From positions 224,001 to 288,000 of the forward strand of contig OY970067.1 in the NCBI GenBank assembly GCA_963705305.1: a DNA stretch of 64,000 nucleotides. The letters are read 5' to 3'. Each line of letters begins with the position of its first letter. Within the stretch, counting starts at the first letter, position 1. The DNA is from an uncultured Methylomirabilota bacterium (GTDB lineage: Bacteria; Methylomirabilota; Methylomirabilia; Methylomirabilales; 2-02-FULL-66-22). Below the pieces are notes generated by a model. The model did no database searches. It was not told where the DNA came from and worked only from the letters and a program-made list of their open reading frames with translations. Below are positions 27,588 to 37,648 of this stretch, in pieces. Made by a program: the position numbers and the translations under genes.

Positions 27588-28541
27588 TCAGGGCGCGCCG
27601 CCCCCGGTGAATTCCCGATCGGCCAGTTCGGCCGCGTAGCGGGGGAAGACGCGGCGCACGGCCGCCAGGTCCTCGGCCCAGAGGAAGCGGGGGAGCATGA
27701 CCTTGGTGAAAGCCCGGCTGCCGACGAATTGCACGCCCGCAGACGCCACGGGGTGCCCGTCCGGCGTCACGACCATTGCCTGCGTCTGCCACACCCGCTC
27801 CTTGGGATCGTCCGTTCGCACCGCGGACCGCACCCCCAGTGCCAGCAGGGGCGCCTCGTGCGGCACCGGCGGCCCCAGCAGGAGCGACACTCGGTTCGAC
27901 AGCCCGCACTCCCCCTGACGGAGCGCCCCCAGCCACCATCCCAGCTCGTCGCACACGATGGCAAAATACCCGGGAAAGAGGCTGCCGTCGCGGCAGCGAA
28001 AGTGGCCCTGGGGCGCCAGCCGCTTCCACATGAACTCGTCATTGTACGCGAAGCGGATCTGGGCCCCCCGCGGGTTGCGCTGGCCGCACCCCAGGCAGAA
28101 TTCGTAGGCCGGCACCTCGAACGCGTCGTGGCGGGATGCCTCCCAGCCGCGGGGCGCCTCCGGCGCGGGGGCCGGGAGCGAAGCGGCTCCCGGAGAGATC
28201 TCCGCCTCCGCGATCGGACTGCCGTCGCGCAGGATGCGACTGACCCATCCCGCCGGTGTGGCTGCCGCCTCGACCTCCAGAGCCGTCTCCAGCGGAAGCG
28301 CCCGGTGCAGCGTGACATCGACGCGAAGCGGTCGGGGCAGAACGACCTCCCCGCCCCGCTCGCCCGCCAGGAGGCGCACCAGCTCCACGAGCATGGCGGC
28401 CACTCCGCCCCCGTGCCCCGTCTCGGGCGGGCCCTGGAGGTCGGACGGAAACTGCACCCGGGCATGCAGCTGATCCGACCCCATCGCCGTGGCGGCGAGG
28501 CAGTTGCGCAGGTACTCTTCCATCGGCTCACCGCTGGCCAT
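27588..28541 (-). CDS. Hypothetical protein, probable tandem hotdog (thioesterase-like) folds
   Basis: QGPPETGHGGGVAAML and CLGCGQRNPRG ... VCDELG resemble PaaI-like motifs. Confidence 0.6.
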   Translation of the reverse strand: MASGEPMEEYLRNCLAATAMGSDQLHARVQFPSDLQGPPETGHGGGVAAMLVELVRLLAGERGGEVVLPRPLRVDVTLHRALPLETALEVEAAATPAGWVSRILRDGSPIAEAEISPGAASLPAPAPEAPRGWEASRHDAFEVPAYEFCLGCGQRNPRGAQIRFAYNDEFMWKRLAPQGHFRCRDGSLFPGYFAIVCDELGWWLGALRQGECGLSNRVSLLLGPPVPHEAPLLALGVRSAVRTDDPKERVWQTQAMVVTPDGHPVASAGVQFVGSRAFTKVMLPRFLWAEDLAAVRRVFPRYAAELADREFTGGGAP

Positions 28542-28553
28542 TCCTTCTCCCGT

Positions 28554-28979
28554 TCAGCCCCCGCTCGGCGAAGCGGAGGACGCCGGCTGCGCCAGGGACC
28601 GGATGTATGCCACGATGGCCCCGATCTCCGCGTCGGAAAGCTTCATCCCCCAGGCCGGCATGGCGTTGGATCGGCCGAACTGGGACCCGCCCTTCTTGAT
28701 GATTGCCGCCAGGAACGCGTCGTCCACCTTGCGCATGGCGGCGGCATCGCTGAAGTCCGGCAGGCGCTGCCCGATCACCGCGGCGGCTGGACCATCCCCT
28801 TTCCCCGACCGGCCGTGGCACTCGGCGCAATGCTCGGCGTACAGCGCCCGCCCGCCGGGAGACGGGCCGGGGGCGGATCCGTGCCGGCCGCTCAAGAGCG
28901 CGGTGCCCCCCATGATCGCGCCCGCCAGGCCGGCGGCCGCCAGCAATCCGATCAGGGTGCTTCGTCCGGGACGCTGCAT
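28554..28979 (-). CDS. Cytochrome c
   Basis: CAECHG haem motif, distal MPAW, N-terminal hydrophobic anchor. Confidence 0.88.
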   Translation of the reverse strand: MQRPGRSTLIGLLAAAGLAGAIMGGTALLSGRHGSAPGPSPGGRALYAEHCAECHGRSGKGDGPAAAVIGQRLPDFSDAAAMRKVDDAFLAAIIKKGGSQFGRSNAMPAWGMKLSDAEIGAIVAYIRSLAQPASSASPSGG

Positions 28980-29042
28980 GCGCGCTCGAGGCCTCCCGAC
29001 GCGAGAGCAGCGGCCGGCGCCCGCGGCGGGGGACGCAGGCCG

Positions 29043-29237
29043 CTAGCCCTGCTTGACCGCCATCTCTGCGCGCACGTATCCGAGGGTCCGGAGGTATTTC
29101 TCCCCCTCGGCCGACTTCAGGAAGGTCACCAGGTAGTCGCCGAGGTTTCGCAGCATGTGCGGCGGAATCACCGTCGGGGTGCCAAAGGCGTTCCACACCG
29201 TGATCATGTGATGCAGGGTCTTGACGTCGTCGGTCAT
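29043..29237 (-). CDS. Small hypothetical protein
   Basis: 64-aa ORF with AGGAG RBS and host-like codon usage. Confidence 0.5.
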   Translation of the reverse strand: MTDDVKTLHHMITVWNAFGTPTVIPPHMLRNLGDYLVTFLKSAEGEKYLRTLGYVRAEMAVKQG

Positions 29238-29381
29238 CGTCTCGCCGCTCCTGTCTTGAGTTGCGTCGCCGTTCGTCCGTGTCCGGACACCGTGGAATCT
29301 CGCCTCCATCCGCCTGGAGGGCTGCCTCGGCGAGGCTACGCAAACCCGCTGCGGATGTCAAGGATCGCCTTCCGGGCCCAG

Positions 29382-29527
29382 CAGGCTGCTGAAAAAGGCC
29401 CATCTGCGGCGTTGACGCGCTCCCGCGACGCTGCGACGTACGCGTAAGTACGCCTCGCGTCTGCACCCATCCTCACGGATAGGTACCCGGCGCGTCGCCT
29501 TGCATCTGGACCTTTTTGAGCAGCCTG
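29382..29527. mobile_element. MITE-like element, copy 1
   Basis: TIRs CAGGCTGCTGAAAAAGGCCCATCTGC and GCATCTGGACCTTTTTGAGCAGCCTG; homologue at 33166-33332. Confidence 0.75.
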
Positions 29528-29555
29528 GGGGGAAAGCGGGTTTCTCGGCATCCTA

Positions 29556-30566
29556 CTAACCCGGAATCCCCACTACCTTGCACAGCAGGTAGGCCGCCGC
29601 GCCGATGGCCGCAGCCCCGGGAACCGTCAAGACCCAGGCCCAGACGATGCGTCCGGCGACCCCCCAACGCACGGCCGAGAACTTGCGCACGGACCCCGTG
29701 CCCACGATTGCCCCCGTGATCGTGTGGGTGGTGGAGACCGGAATCCCCAGGGTCGTCGCCAGGAACAGCGAGGCGGCGCCGCTCGTCTCCGCACAGAAGC
29801 CTCCGATGGGCGCCAGCTTGGTGATGCGCATACCCATCGTCCGCACGATGCGCCAGCCGCCGCTCATGGTTCCGAGCCCCATGGCCGCGTGACACGACAG
29901 GACGACCCAGAGCGGGATAGGCGCGTGCCCCCCGCCCGGCGCGTACTGGTAGAGTCCCTGGGAGGCCAGCGCCGCCACGATGATCCCCATCGTCTTCTGG
30001 GCGTCGTTGGCCCCGTGGCCGAGCGAATAGAGCGCCGCGGAGACGAGCTGCAGCTTGCGGAACGTGCGATCCAGCGGCCCCGGCGCATGCCCGCCCAGGA
30101 AGAACACCAGGGCCCGCATCACCAGGACGGCCAGCCCCAGGCCGAGCATGGGGGAGACGACGATGAACGCCACGGTCTTGAGGAAAAAAGGGGCGTCCAA
30201 AGAGCCCACGCCCGCCTTCACGATAGCGGCCCCGGCCAGCCCGCCCAACAGGGCGTGGGAGGAGGAAGTCGGCAGCCCCCACAACCATGTCAGCAGGTCC
30301 CAGACGATGGCTCCCGTGAGTCCCGCGGCCACCAGGGTGAGGGTCACCACGCTGGGTTCGACCCCTTTGGCGATGTTGGACGCCACCCGGGTCTCGAAGA
30401 CCAGAAAGGCCACGAGATTGAAGAAGGCCGCCCAGACGACCGCGATCCGGGGAGTGAGGACCCGTGTGGAGACCACGGTGGCGATGGAGTTGGCGGCGTC
30501 GTGAAACCCGTTGATGAAATCGAACACCAGGGCCAGCGCGATGATGGCGATCAGCGTCAGCGTCAT
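29556..30566 (-). CDS. pit: Inorganic phosphate transporter (PiT family)
   Basis: NGFHDAANSIAT, GLPTSSSH, HGANDAQK, PVSTTH. Confidence 0.92.
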   Translation of the reverse strand: MTLTLIAIIALALVFDFINGFHDAANSIATVVSTRVLTPRIAVVWAAFFNLVAFLVFETRVASNIAKGVEPSVVTLTLVAAGLTGAIVWDLLTWLWGLPTSSSHALLGGLAGAAIVKAGVGSLDAPFFLKTVAFIVVSPMLGLGLAVLVMRALVFFLGGHAPGPLDRTFRKLQLVSAALYSLGHGANDAQKTMGIIVAALASQGLYQYAPGGGHAPIPLWVVLSCHAAMGLGTMSGGWRIVRTMGMRITKLAPIGGFCAETSGAASLFLATTLGIPVSTTHTITGAIVGTGSVRKFSAVRWGVAGRIVWAWVLTVPGAAAIGAAAYLLCKVVGIPG

Positions 30567-31183
30567 GAGTACTCCAGAACCAGTCCCCCGATCTGGTCTG
30601 CGACGTCCTCGCACCGATCCAAGGCCGTCTCCAGATGATCGTAGACCTCCCGCCACTTCATGACCTCGAGCGGGTCGTTCTCCCTCCGGTACAGCCTGCC
30701 CAGGACCTGCCGGTACAGCTCGTCGCCCTCGTTCTCGATCTCGTTGAGGGTCTCGCACAGCTTGAGGATCTCCTCGGATCGCTTCATGTCATTCAGGAGG
30801 CTCACGGCCTGATGCATTGCCTGGGACGCCACCAGGATGAACCGGGCCATGGCCACAGCCTCCGGCGGGGTCGTCTGAAATTCGAAGAGCAGCACCCGCT
30901 TGGCCGTAGCATGGATCAGGTCCAGCACGTCGTCCAGCCGCGAAATCAGATCCTGGATGTCTTGCCGATCGAAGGGGGTGATCCAGGTTGCTCGCAGCGT
31001 GCGGACCATATCGTGCAGGATCTTGTCCCCCTGGTGCTCGTCCGCCTCGATCTGCACGGGCAGATCGGCGCGGGTGGGATGCTCGAACAGCTCCAGGAGC
31101 ATCGCCGCCGCCCGGGCCGTCAGCGCCGCGTGCTGGCAGAAGGCATCGAAGAATCGCTGGTCGACTCTCTTGGGTCCCCACAT
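30563..31183 (-). CDS. DUF47/PhoU-like phosphate transport regulator
   Basis: EHQGD, ITPFDRQDI, LDDVLD, ENEGD, DRCEDVA; coupled to pit. Confidence 0.88.
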   Translation of the reverse strand: MWGPKRVDQRFFDAFCQHAALTARAAAMLLELFEHPTRADLPVQIEADEHQGDKILHDMVRTLRATWITPFDRQDIQDLISRLDDVLDLIHATAKRVLLFEFQTTPPEAVAMARFILVASQAMHQAVSLLNDMKRSEEILKLCETLNEIENEGDELYRQVLGRLYRRENDPLEVMKWREVYDHLETALDRCEDVADQIGGLVLEYS

Positions 31184-31405
31184 TGGCTTGTCCTCATGTC
31201 TGATGTTTCTTCGCCCTTCCACGGATCGCCCGGAGGCACCCAGCACAGCTGGGTCGAGCGCGCCCCGCCTGCCGACCTCGGCGCCCGGATCGGAAGCCCC
31301 GACCGCGCGACAACGCTTGACAGATGCGAGACCGGAAGCCTAATCTGCAGGCCGTCAGCCGGACATGCGCCGGCCTACTCTTTCCCTCTGGATGGAGCGT
31401 CCGAC

Positions 31406-31789
31406 ATGAGCAAAGCCCCCGAACGGCGGCAAGGTCGCCGCATCACCATCGCGGGCCGCCCCGGCGGTCGCGTCCGCGTCACCCTGGAGGCCCGCCTCCT
31501 CGATCTCAGCACCAGCGGGGCCCGGATCGAGCACTTCAACGTCCTCCGGCCCGGATTCACCTGCACCCTCGAGTTCCCCGCCGCCCTGGGCCCCCTCGTC
31601 CTCCCCGTGCGGGTCGCCCGCAGCACGGTGGTGGGCACGGATTCCGGCAGCGCAGGCGAGCGGCTCCTCCGCTACGAGAGCGGGGTGATGTTCGTCGGAC
31701 TCACGCCGGAGCAGCAGCGCGGCCTCGACGAGATCCTGTCGCACCTGCTCCCCCGGGAGGATCTTGGGGAAGGGCGGCTCATCCTCTGA
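31406..31789 (+). CDS. PilZ domain protein
   Basis: ERRQGRR and DLSTSGARI motifs. Confidence 0.75.
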   Translation: MSKAPERRQGRRITIAGRPGGRVRVTLEARLLDLSTSGARIEHFNVLRPGFTCTLEFPAALGPLVLPVRVARSTVVGTDSGSAGERLLRYESGVMFVGLTPEQQRGLDEILSHLLPREDLGEGRLIL

Positions 31790-32004
31790 CGATGCCGAAG
31801 TCACCTCCCTGTCCCGCGCCATGCGCCTCCCGCGCGCTCACAGATCGACGGCATGTCCGGTGTGGGTGACAACCCCGGCCGACGCCTAAAGCGCCACGGA
31901 CAACCCCGGCCACCCTGTGATAAGAATATCCGCGTCGTCACGGGCGTCTTGCCGGGGACGGGAATGCGGGCGGGGCGACACCCTGCGCGCAGGAGTCGCG
32001 ACCG

Positions 32005-33066
32005 ATGGGTACAGCCAAGGCAATCCAGCTGGAATCGCTGCGGGGGCAGCTGACGGCGGCCCAGCGGGACGTCATCAACGCCGTGTGGGCCCACCACCTT
32101 GATCAAAACCGGTGGATGCCCCGCAGCCTCCTGCACGAGCGCCTCCAGCCTGCCGCCGTCGGCGCGGCCATCCAGCCCCTGCTGGGTGCCATCCTCCTCC
32201 CCTGCGAGGAGGACGGCGAAGAGCTCTACCGTCTGACCTTCCTCGGCGTGCTCCTGACCGATCAGGGCCCGGAGTCCGAAGAGCTCCTGGCCCGCTACCT
32301 GGAGTACATCCGGGATCGTGTCAGGCGCGACCCGCGCGTCGAGTGGGTGACAAGCCACGAGGTGGAAGCAGCCCTGGGGCTGAGCCCCGAGCGTTCGCGC
32401 TTCCTGCAGCGGCTGATCCGCCTGAGCCACTGGTGGGGCGGCGGCGGCGGATTCGCCGAGCGGGAATGGACGGTGGGCGTGCCCGTCGACGTGGACGACC
32501 TCATGCCCCGGACCGATCTGCGCGCCTATATTCAGGACCACGTCACCAGCCATTTCCTGCCGGAGGCCTCGCGTGGCATCGCCAAGCCGCTCGCGGCCCC
32601 GCCTGCCCCGCGCAGTGTCTTCTGGTTCATCGAGGATGCCGCACTGAGCCGGCAGCTGGCCATGGATTGGCATGAGGCGCAGGAGGTCTACCAGGTGCGG
32701 TGCTGGAAGAGCTGCGTCCTCCTCGCCGGCGGAATCCTGGAGGGAATGCTCCTGAACGCCCTGGCCCGCGGCAAGCCGGCGGCAAGCCGGCCCGCAGACC
32801 GAAAGACCCGCCCCGCCCCGCGCCCTTCCGATCGCTGGCCGCTGGCCAAGCTGCTGGAGGCCGCCGTGCGGCGCCGCATTCTCGCCGTGGGAACCCTGGT
32901 TCTCGGCCCGGCGCTTCAAGAATACGGGACCCTGGCCCACCCGAAGCGCCAGATCGGCCAGGGCCTCGCCATGACCCGTGACGATGCCGACCACGCCCTG
33001 AAAACCGTCCGGAAGTGCGTGCGGCTCCTGGCCGCACGGAAGAGGGGCAAAGCGGCGCGCGCCTGA
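32005..33066 (+). CDS. Hypothetical protein with a C-terminal DUF4145/HEPN-like region
   Basis: WKSCVLLAGGILEGML ... WPLAKLLEAA ... LQEYGTLAHP. Confidence 0.6.
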   Translation: MGTAKAIQLESLRGQLTAAQRDVINAVWAHHLDQNRWMPRSLLHERLQPAAVGAAIQPLLGAILLPCEEDGEELYRLTFLGVLLTDQGPESEELLARYLEYIRDRVRRDPRVEWVTSHEVEAALGLSPERSRFLQRLIRLSHWWGGGGGFAEREWTVGVPVDVDDLMPRTDLRAYIQDHVTSHFLPEASRGIAKPLAAPPAPRSVFWFIEDAALSRQLAMDWHEAQEVYQVRCWKSCVLLAGGILEGMLLNALARGKPAASRPADRKTRPAPRPSDRWPLAKLLEAAVRRRILAVGTLVLGPALQEYGTLAHPKRQIGQGLAMTRDDADHALKTVRKCVRLLAARKRGKAARA

Positions 33067-33165
33067 GCCCGGGCGGCGCCCAGCAGGCTGTCCGCCCCCC
33101 CGGTCTTGCCGTGATCTCTCGGGTTCCCGCCCGTCTAGCAAGATGTTGAAATACCCGTCTTCGCC

Positions 33166-33332
33166 CAGGCTGCTCAAAAAGGCCCAGATGCAAGGCGGCG
33201 TCACCCATCCCTCGGGATGGGTACCCGGCGTGGTGCGAGGCGTACTTAGCTCGTACGCCGCAACGCCACGCGAGCGCGGGGGTACCCGTCTGAAGGATGG
33301 GTCTCGGCAGATGGGCCTTCATCAGTAGCCTG
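33166..33332. mobile_element. MITE-like element, copy 2 (opposite orientation)
   Basis: CAGGCTGCTCAAAAAGGCCCAGATGC ... GCAGATGGGCCTTCATCAGTAGCCTG. Confidence 0.75.
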
Positions 33333-34397
33333 CTAGCGCTGCCCGCCCCCGTGCGGCCCTGCCTCGGCCAACAGTGCGTTCACCTTTCCCATGACCTGGA
33401 AAGCGTCCGCCACGTACAGAACGTCGGCCTTTCCCCGAGCCCAGCCGCAGTTCGGATCGAGGTTCACCGCCCGCCGCTCGCTGATGAACCGCCAGCCCAC
33501 GGTATGAGGCTCTTCCCCATGACAGCAGGTGGACAGCCCGCGGGGATGGCGCGGGGTCGCGCCCGTCTGGCCGATCTGGTTGAGATGGGTCATGAAGGAG
33601 AGCACAGCCTGGCCTTCCCCCTGGAGATCCACCAGGGATTTGCTGCCCCCCAGCGAGGCCTGCGCACGCCGCAGGAACTCGCGGATGAGCCCGGCCGCCT
33701 CCGCCACGTGCGCGGCGCCGTCGGCCTGCACCTTCGTCCAGCCCGCGCCAGCCACGAACAGCAAGGCGGCGTCGGGGCGGATCGTCTGCTCGTCGGCCGG
33801 TGGCGCCTGGATGCCGGTCATGCTCGTGCGCAGCGAGGTCTCCGGGAGACTCGCGCCGACGGCCTCGATCGCGGCTGTTCCCCGATCGCCCCGCCAGGGC
33901 TCGAGACAGCCCGGATCCAAAAGGATCAGCCAGGGCCGCTGCTCCCGCCGGACGGTTGCCTCCATGCGCTGGCGATAGTACCAGCGGCTCACGGCGGGGG
34001 ACCCGCTCTCGATCGGGAGGCCGGTGACATGCGTATCCGCCCGGCCGCCCAGCCGGAGCGCCACGCCCGGGAGCGCCCGGCTCCAGCGCGAGGTCCCCGG
34101 CGCCAGCACGAGGCCGGCCGAGGCCGCCCGGCAGACGGCCTCGGCGGCCGCCGCGTCGCTGGCATAGCGCGGCTTTGCAAACGCCGGTCCCGCGACGCCG
34201 AGGAACCGGTGGGCGCCGCAGCCCGCCAGAGTGTTGCCCGCCTCCTGCACGTCGGCCCCCACCAGGCCCACCGCCAGCTCTGCGCCGCCTAGAGCCTGCG
34301 CCAGGATCCTGGCGCACCCCACGGCCTCCAGGGCCGCGCGGGACAGTGTCCCGTCCGACTCGGTGTGAACCAGCACGAGGATGCTTTCCATGCTCAC
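33333..34397 (-). CDS. etfA: Electron transfer flavoprotein alpha subunit (divergent)
   Basis: NQIGQTG, AVNLDPNC, ADVLYVAD; operon context. Confidence 0.78.
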   Translation of the reverse strand: MSMESILVLVHTESDGTLSRAALEAVGCARILAQALGGAELAVGLVGADVQEAGNTLAGCGAHRFLGVAGPAFAKPRYASDAAAAEAVCRAASAGLVLAPGTSRWSRALPGVALRLGGRADTHVTGLPIESGSPAVSRWYYRQRMEATVRREQRPWLILLDPGCLEPWRGDRGTAAIEAVGASLPETSLRTSMTGIQAPPADEQTIRPDAALLFVAGAGWTKVQADGAAHVAEAAGLIREFLRRAQASLGGSKSLVDLQGEGQAVLSFMTHLNQIGQTGATPRHPRGLSTCCHGEEPHTVGWRFISERRAVNLDPNCGWARGKADVLYVADAFQVMGKVNALLAEAGPHGGGQR

Positions 34398-34718
34398 TCC
34401 CCTGCCCGACGGCGTCCCTTGTCGGCCGCCGCTTTCGTCCTCAAACCCCCGTGATTAGTGTCCTGAGTTAAAATCGATGAATAGATCCAAGACTCATCGG
34501 GGCACCCCGAGCGCGCCGGACCCGCGGGCCCGCCGGTTTCAGGACGCCGTGGCTATCTAGGTCTCGCCGTGAGCCACCCACACCCGCCCACGGCGCGACG
34601 CGTCCCGTCCGGGACGGCGGCGCCGGAGCAAGGTGGGCCGGTTCTCGACGAGGTCCGGCGCTCGGAGGGGTGGCCCGGTGGGTCGCGGAGTTCGTTACCG
34701 GATTTCTAACTCGGGACA

Positions 34719-35531
34719 CTAATCCGTCGTGATCCAGGCTACGATCTCTCTGGCGATCTCGTCGGGCGTCATGTCCTTCACCACCCGCGTCTCGCGGAGC
34801 TGCTTCGGCAGGGTGACGCCCAGGAAGCTGACGCCGCCGGCCCCCACCTTGGCCGCCTTGGCCCGCTGGAGCGCCGGCATGATGGTCTGCATGTTCGCCA
34901 TGCCGATCTGTGGGTTGTTGGGCGGCTCAGGGAGATTCCCCGTGGCCCACCCCAGGACGGCCGGAGGGCCGGCGCAGGTGGACACCTGGTGCTTGCCCCC
35001 TTCGATCCGCTCGAGGATGCGGAACGTCCCGTCCCCGGAGACCGTGAGCTCATCCACACCCTGGAACTGGTCCAGGATGCCCAGCCGCTCCCCCACCTCC
35101 TGCAGCGTGACGCCGGCCCCGCGCGAGGCGGACTCCCAGCCGCCGAAGACGAGCAGGCGCGACCGATCCAGCCCAGGAATGGCCTGGATGGCCTCGGCCA
35201 GCGCGGCGGCCACTTCGTGCGGCTCAGTGAACCCGCCTCCCGGAGCGTCCAAAGGGACCAGCTCGAAGGGGACCTTCTGTGCCACCGTCATCATCAACTG
35301 CTGGAGCTTTGCCTTGGGGCCGAGGCTCACCAGCCAGACCTTGCTCCCCGGCACGTTCTTGGCCAGATGAGCCGCCTCGTAGAGGGCGTGCGCGGCCCAC
35401 GGATCCAGGACCACCGGCAGCATCATCTCGTTCTTGAGGGCCGGGCCGGCCGGTCCCGCGATCGGCTCGAGGGTTTGCAGGGGATCCGGCACGATGCCGG
35501 CGCAGACGACGATCTGATATCCTGTGCTCAT
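34719..35531 (-). CDS. etfB: Electron transfer flavoprotein beta subunit (divergent)
   Basis: IVVCAGIVPD, LDPWAAHALYEA, VSLGP, ERIEGG; operon context. Confidence 0.75.
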   Translation of the reverse strand: MSTGYQIVVCAGIVPDPLQTLEPIAGPAGPALKNEMMLPVVLDPWAAHALYEAAHLAKNVPGSKVWLVSLGPKAKLQQLMMTVAQKVPFELVPLDAPGGGFTEPHEVAAALAEAIQAIPGLDRSRLLVFGGWESASRGAGVTLQEVGERLGILDQFQGVDELTVSGDGTFRILERIEGGKHQVSTCAGPPAVLGWATGNLPEPPNNPQIGMANMQTIMPALQRAKAAKVGAGGVSFLGVTLPKQLRETRVVKDMTPDEIAREIVAWITTD

Positions 35532-35559
35532 GGCTGACACTCCACGCCTCCCGCTCGCC

Positions 35560-35740
35560 TGTGTTTCTCTTGGTGCCCTTTGCGTCCTCGTGTGAGGAAT
35601 GGCCCGAGCCTAATCTCACGCAAAGATCGCCAAGACAGGCCTTCTCCAATTTCGAAATTCGAATTGTTCCTCCGCCCCTGCGCCCGAGCGAAGCGGTGCG
35701 CCCCTACTCTCCCGCTCCCCCGCTCCCCTGCTTCTCTGTG
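35560..35740. repeat. Composite intergenic repeat, copy 4
   Basis: CCGAGCCTAATCTCACGCAAAGATCGCCAAGAC and TTTCGAAATTCGAATTG shared with copy 2; CTGCGCCCGAGCGAAGCGGTGCGCCCC shared (inverted) with copy 3. Confidence 0.75.
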
Positions 35741-35760
35741 CGCCCCCGGCGTTTCCGCAC

Positions 35761-37638
35761 CTAGTTCTCCGCCGAGTGCAGGCCGCCGGTGCCCGCCCGG
35801 AACTCAATGTTGGTGCGCTCCGGATCCTCCGGGTGCGGCTGGACGCAGTTCCAGGTGCAGGCCCCGCAGTGCACGCACTTCTCCCGGTCGAAGGCCGGCA
35901 CACCGCGCTCGCCCGGCGTGATGGCCTGGCCCGAGCAGACCTCGATGCACAGCTTGGTCCCGCACTGCTCGCAGAGATGCGGATACAGGAACACCACGTG
36001 ATCGGCGTATCCCGCCGGCGCCTGGACCTTGCCGCCCAGAAGCAGCGCATCCTGGTGGGAGACCAGGAGGCTCCCGTCGTAGGGAATGGCCGGCCAGCCA
36101 CATCGCTCCATCAGGGCGTCGTGCACCCTGACGCCCCGGGCGGCGCATTCCTCCCGGATCCGCCGGATCTCGGCCGCCGGGATCTTGCCGCGATAATACT
36201 CCTCGGCGGTCGGAATCCGGGCGTACGGCGGCACCGACCGTCCGGGAACGGCCAGCCGGCCCCCCGTCAGGCCCGCCAGCCCCATGCCGAGGAGCCCGCT
36301 CACGACGCCCCGCTGGAAGCCGTCGCGGGCCCGCTCCGCCACCCGGCCCTCGGCCTCGACCCAGCCGGCGCGGCGGCGGCGCACATAGGCTCGCTCCAGA
36401 TTCTCGCGGGTGAAGGCCGCCCCCTCCTTCAGGAGGTCCAGGATCCCCTCGGCCAGGTGGGTGCCCGTCGTCCAGGCCTCGTCCACGCCCGAGCCCGTGA
36501 GCACGTTGGTGCTGCCCGACCCCTCACCGATGCGGGCGTATCCCTCGCCCGCCAGGAACGGCTCGCCCCGGCGTCCGGCCTCCAGCAGCGTCTTCGCCCC
36601 CCAGGACCGCAGCTTTCCCCCTTGCAGGTACCTCCACAGGTAGGGATGCAGCATCCAGTGCTGGAGGTAGCGATAGGAGGTCCGCACGGGGCTGTCGAAC
36701 CAGGAGGGAACGAAGATCCCCAGCGAGGCCACGCGTCCGGGATGGACGTACAGGAAGCCGAAGATCTCCGGCTCGGGAAAGCCGAAGGTGTGCAGGACCG
36801 TGCCGGGGGCCAGGGTGACATCCTCCCGAAGGTCCACGACCATCTTGGCGCCCACCGCCCATTCGCGGCGATGGTGGCCCACCGGCAGGCCGAAGCGCTC
36901 GTCCAACTGCCGCCCGATGGGCCCCACCGGCCCATCCCCCACCACCGTGAGGGCCGCCCGGATGTCCATGCCCGGCATGAAGCCCGCGTCGGGATTCCCA
37001 CGGAGGTCGGTTCCCTGGTCCAGGAGGCGCACCCCCACCACGCGCCCGTCCTCGACCAGCGGGGAAGCCACCGGCGTGCCGGGCCATATCTGCACCGTCC
37101 CGCTGCCCATCACCTGGCCGCCGACCCACTGGATGAACTGGCCGATGGACAGGACCAGCCCTCCCTCTTTCCGGAGGAAGGGGGGGAGGTAGGGCAGCGA
37201 CAGGGCGTGGTACTCGTAGGGAAGCACGGCGCGGAGCCCGCGGATGCAGGCGTCGGCGAGGCGCAGCGCCTTCGACCGGCGGCTGGCCCCGATGGGGTCC
37301 AGGAGGTAGAGGACCTTCTCGTGGACCACGGGGGCCGCCATGGGGATCTGCGCGGGATCCAGGTCCGGGAAGGTCGCGCGGATGCCCCGGGCCCGGCTGA
37401 CGACCCCGGACACGCCGAAGCCGATGTCGTCCGCCCGCTCGTAGCAGATCACCTGGGGCGGCAGCCCGGGGCAGGTCCGGCTCTCGATGAGAGGCGTGCC
37501 GTCCTCGCGGAGCAGGCTCCGCGACAGGGTCGTCAGAAACCCCCCCATGGCCGGCCCGAAGCCGACGCAGACGATGTCGGCCTCCATGCCCTGCCGCTCG
37601 GCAACCGGCATGGAGGCATCCGGTGTGGAAGGTGTCAT
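35761..37638 (-). CDS. ETF:quinone oxidoreductase-like flavoprotein with C-terminal 4Fe-4S ferredoxin (FixCX-like)
   Basis: DIVCVGFGPA, WGAKTL, CEQC...CIEVC and CVHCGAC clusters, FRAGTGG. Confidence 0.85.
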   Translation of the reverse strand: MTPSTPDASMPVAERQGMEADIVCVGFGPAMGGFLTTLSRSLLREDGTPLIESRTCPGLPPQVICYERADDIGFGVSGVVSRARGIRATFPDLDPAQIPMAAPVVHEKVLYLLDPIGASRRSKALRLADACIRGLRAVLPYEYHALSLPYLPPFLRKEGGLVLSIGQFIQWVGGQVMGSGTVQIWPGTPVASPLVEDGRVVGVRLLDQGTDLRGNPDAGFMPGMDIRAALTVVGDGPVGPIGRQLDERFGLPVGHHRREWAVGAKMVVDLREDVTLAPGTVLHTFGFPEPEIFGFLYVHPGRVASLGIFVPSWFDSPVRTSYRYLQHWMLHPYLWRYLQGGKLRSWGAKTLLEAGRRGEPFLAGEGYARIGEGSGSTNVLTGSGVDEAWTTGTHLAEGILDLLKEGAAFTRENLERAYVRRRRAGWVEAEGRVAERARDGFQRGVVSGLLGMGLAGLTGGRLAVPGRSVPPYARIPTAEEYYRGKIPAAEIRRIREECAARGVRVHDALMERCGWPAIPYDGSLLVSHQDALLLGGKVQAPAGYADHVVFLYPHLCEQCGTKLCIEVCSGQAITPGERGVPAFDREKCVHCGACTWNCVQPHPEDPERTNIEFRAGTGGLHSAEN

Positions 37639-37648
37639 GCCGCTCTTC

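Noticed and set aside
34468..34719. 83-aa ORF between the ETF genes
   Set aside because: Low-complexity Pro/Arg/Ala sequence with no RBS or motif support.
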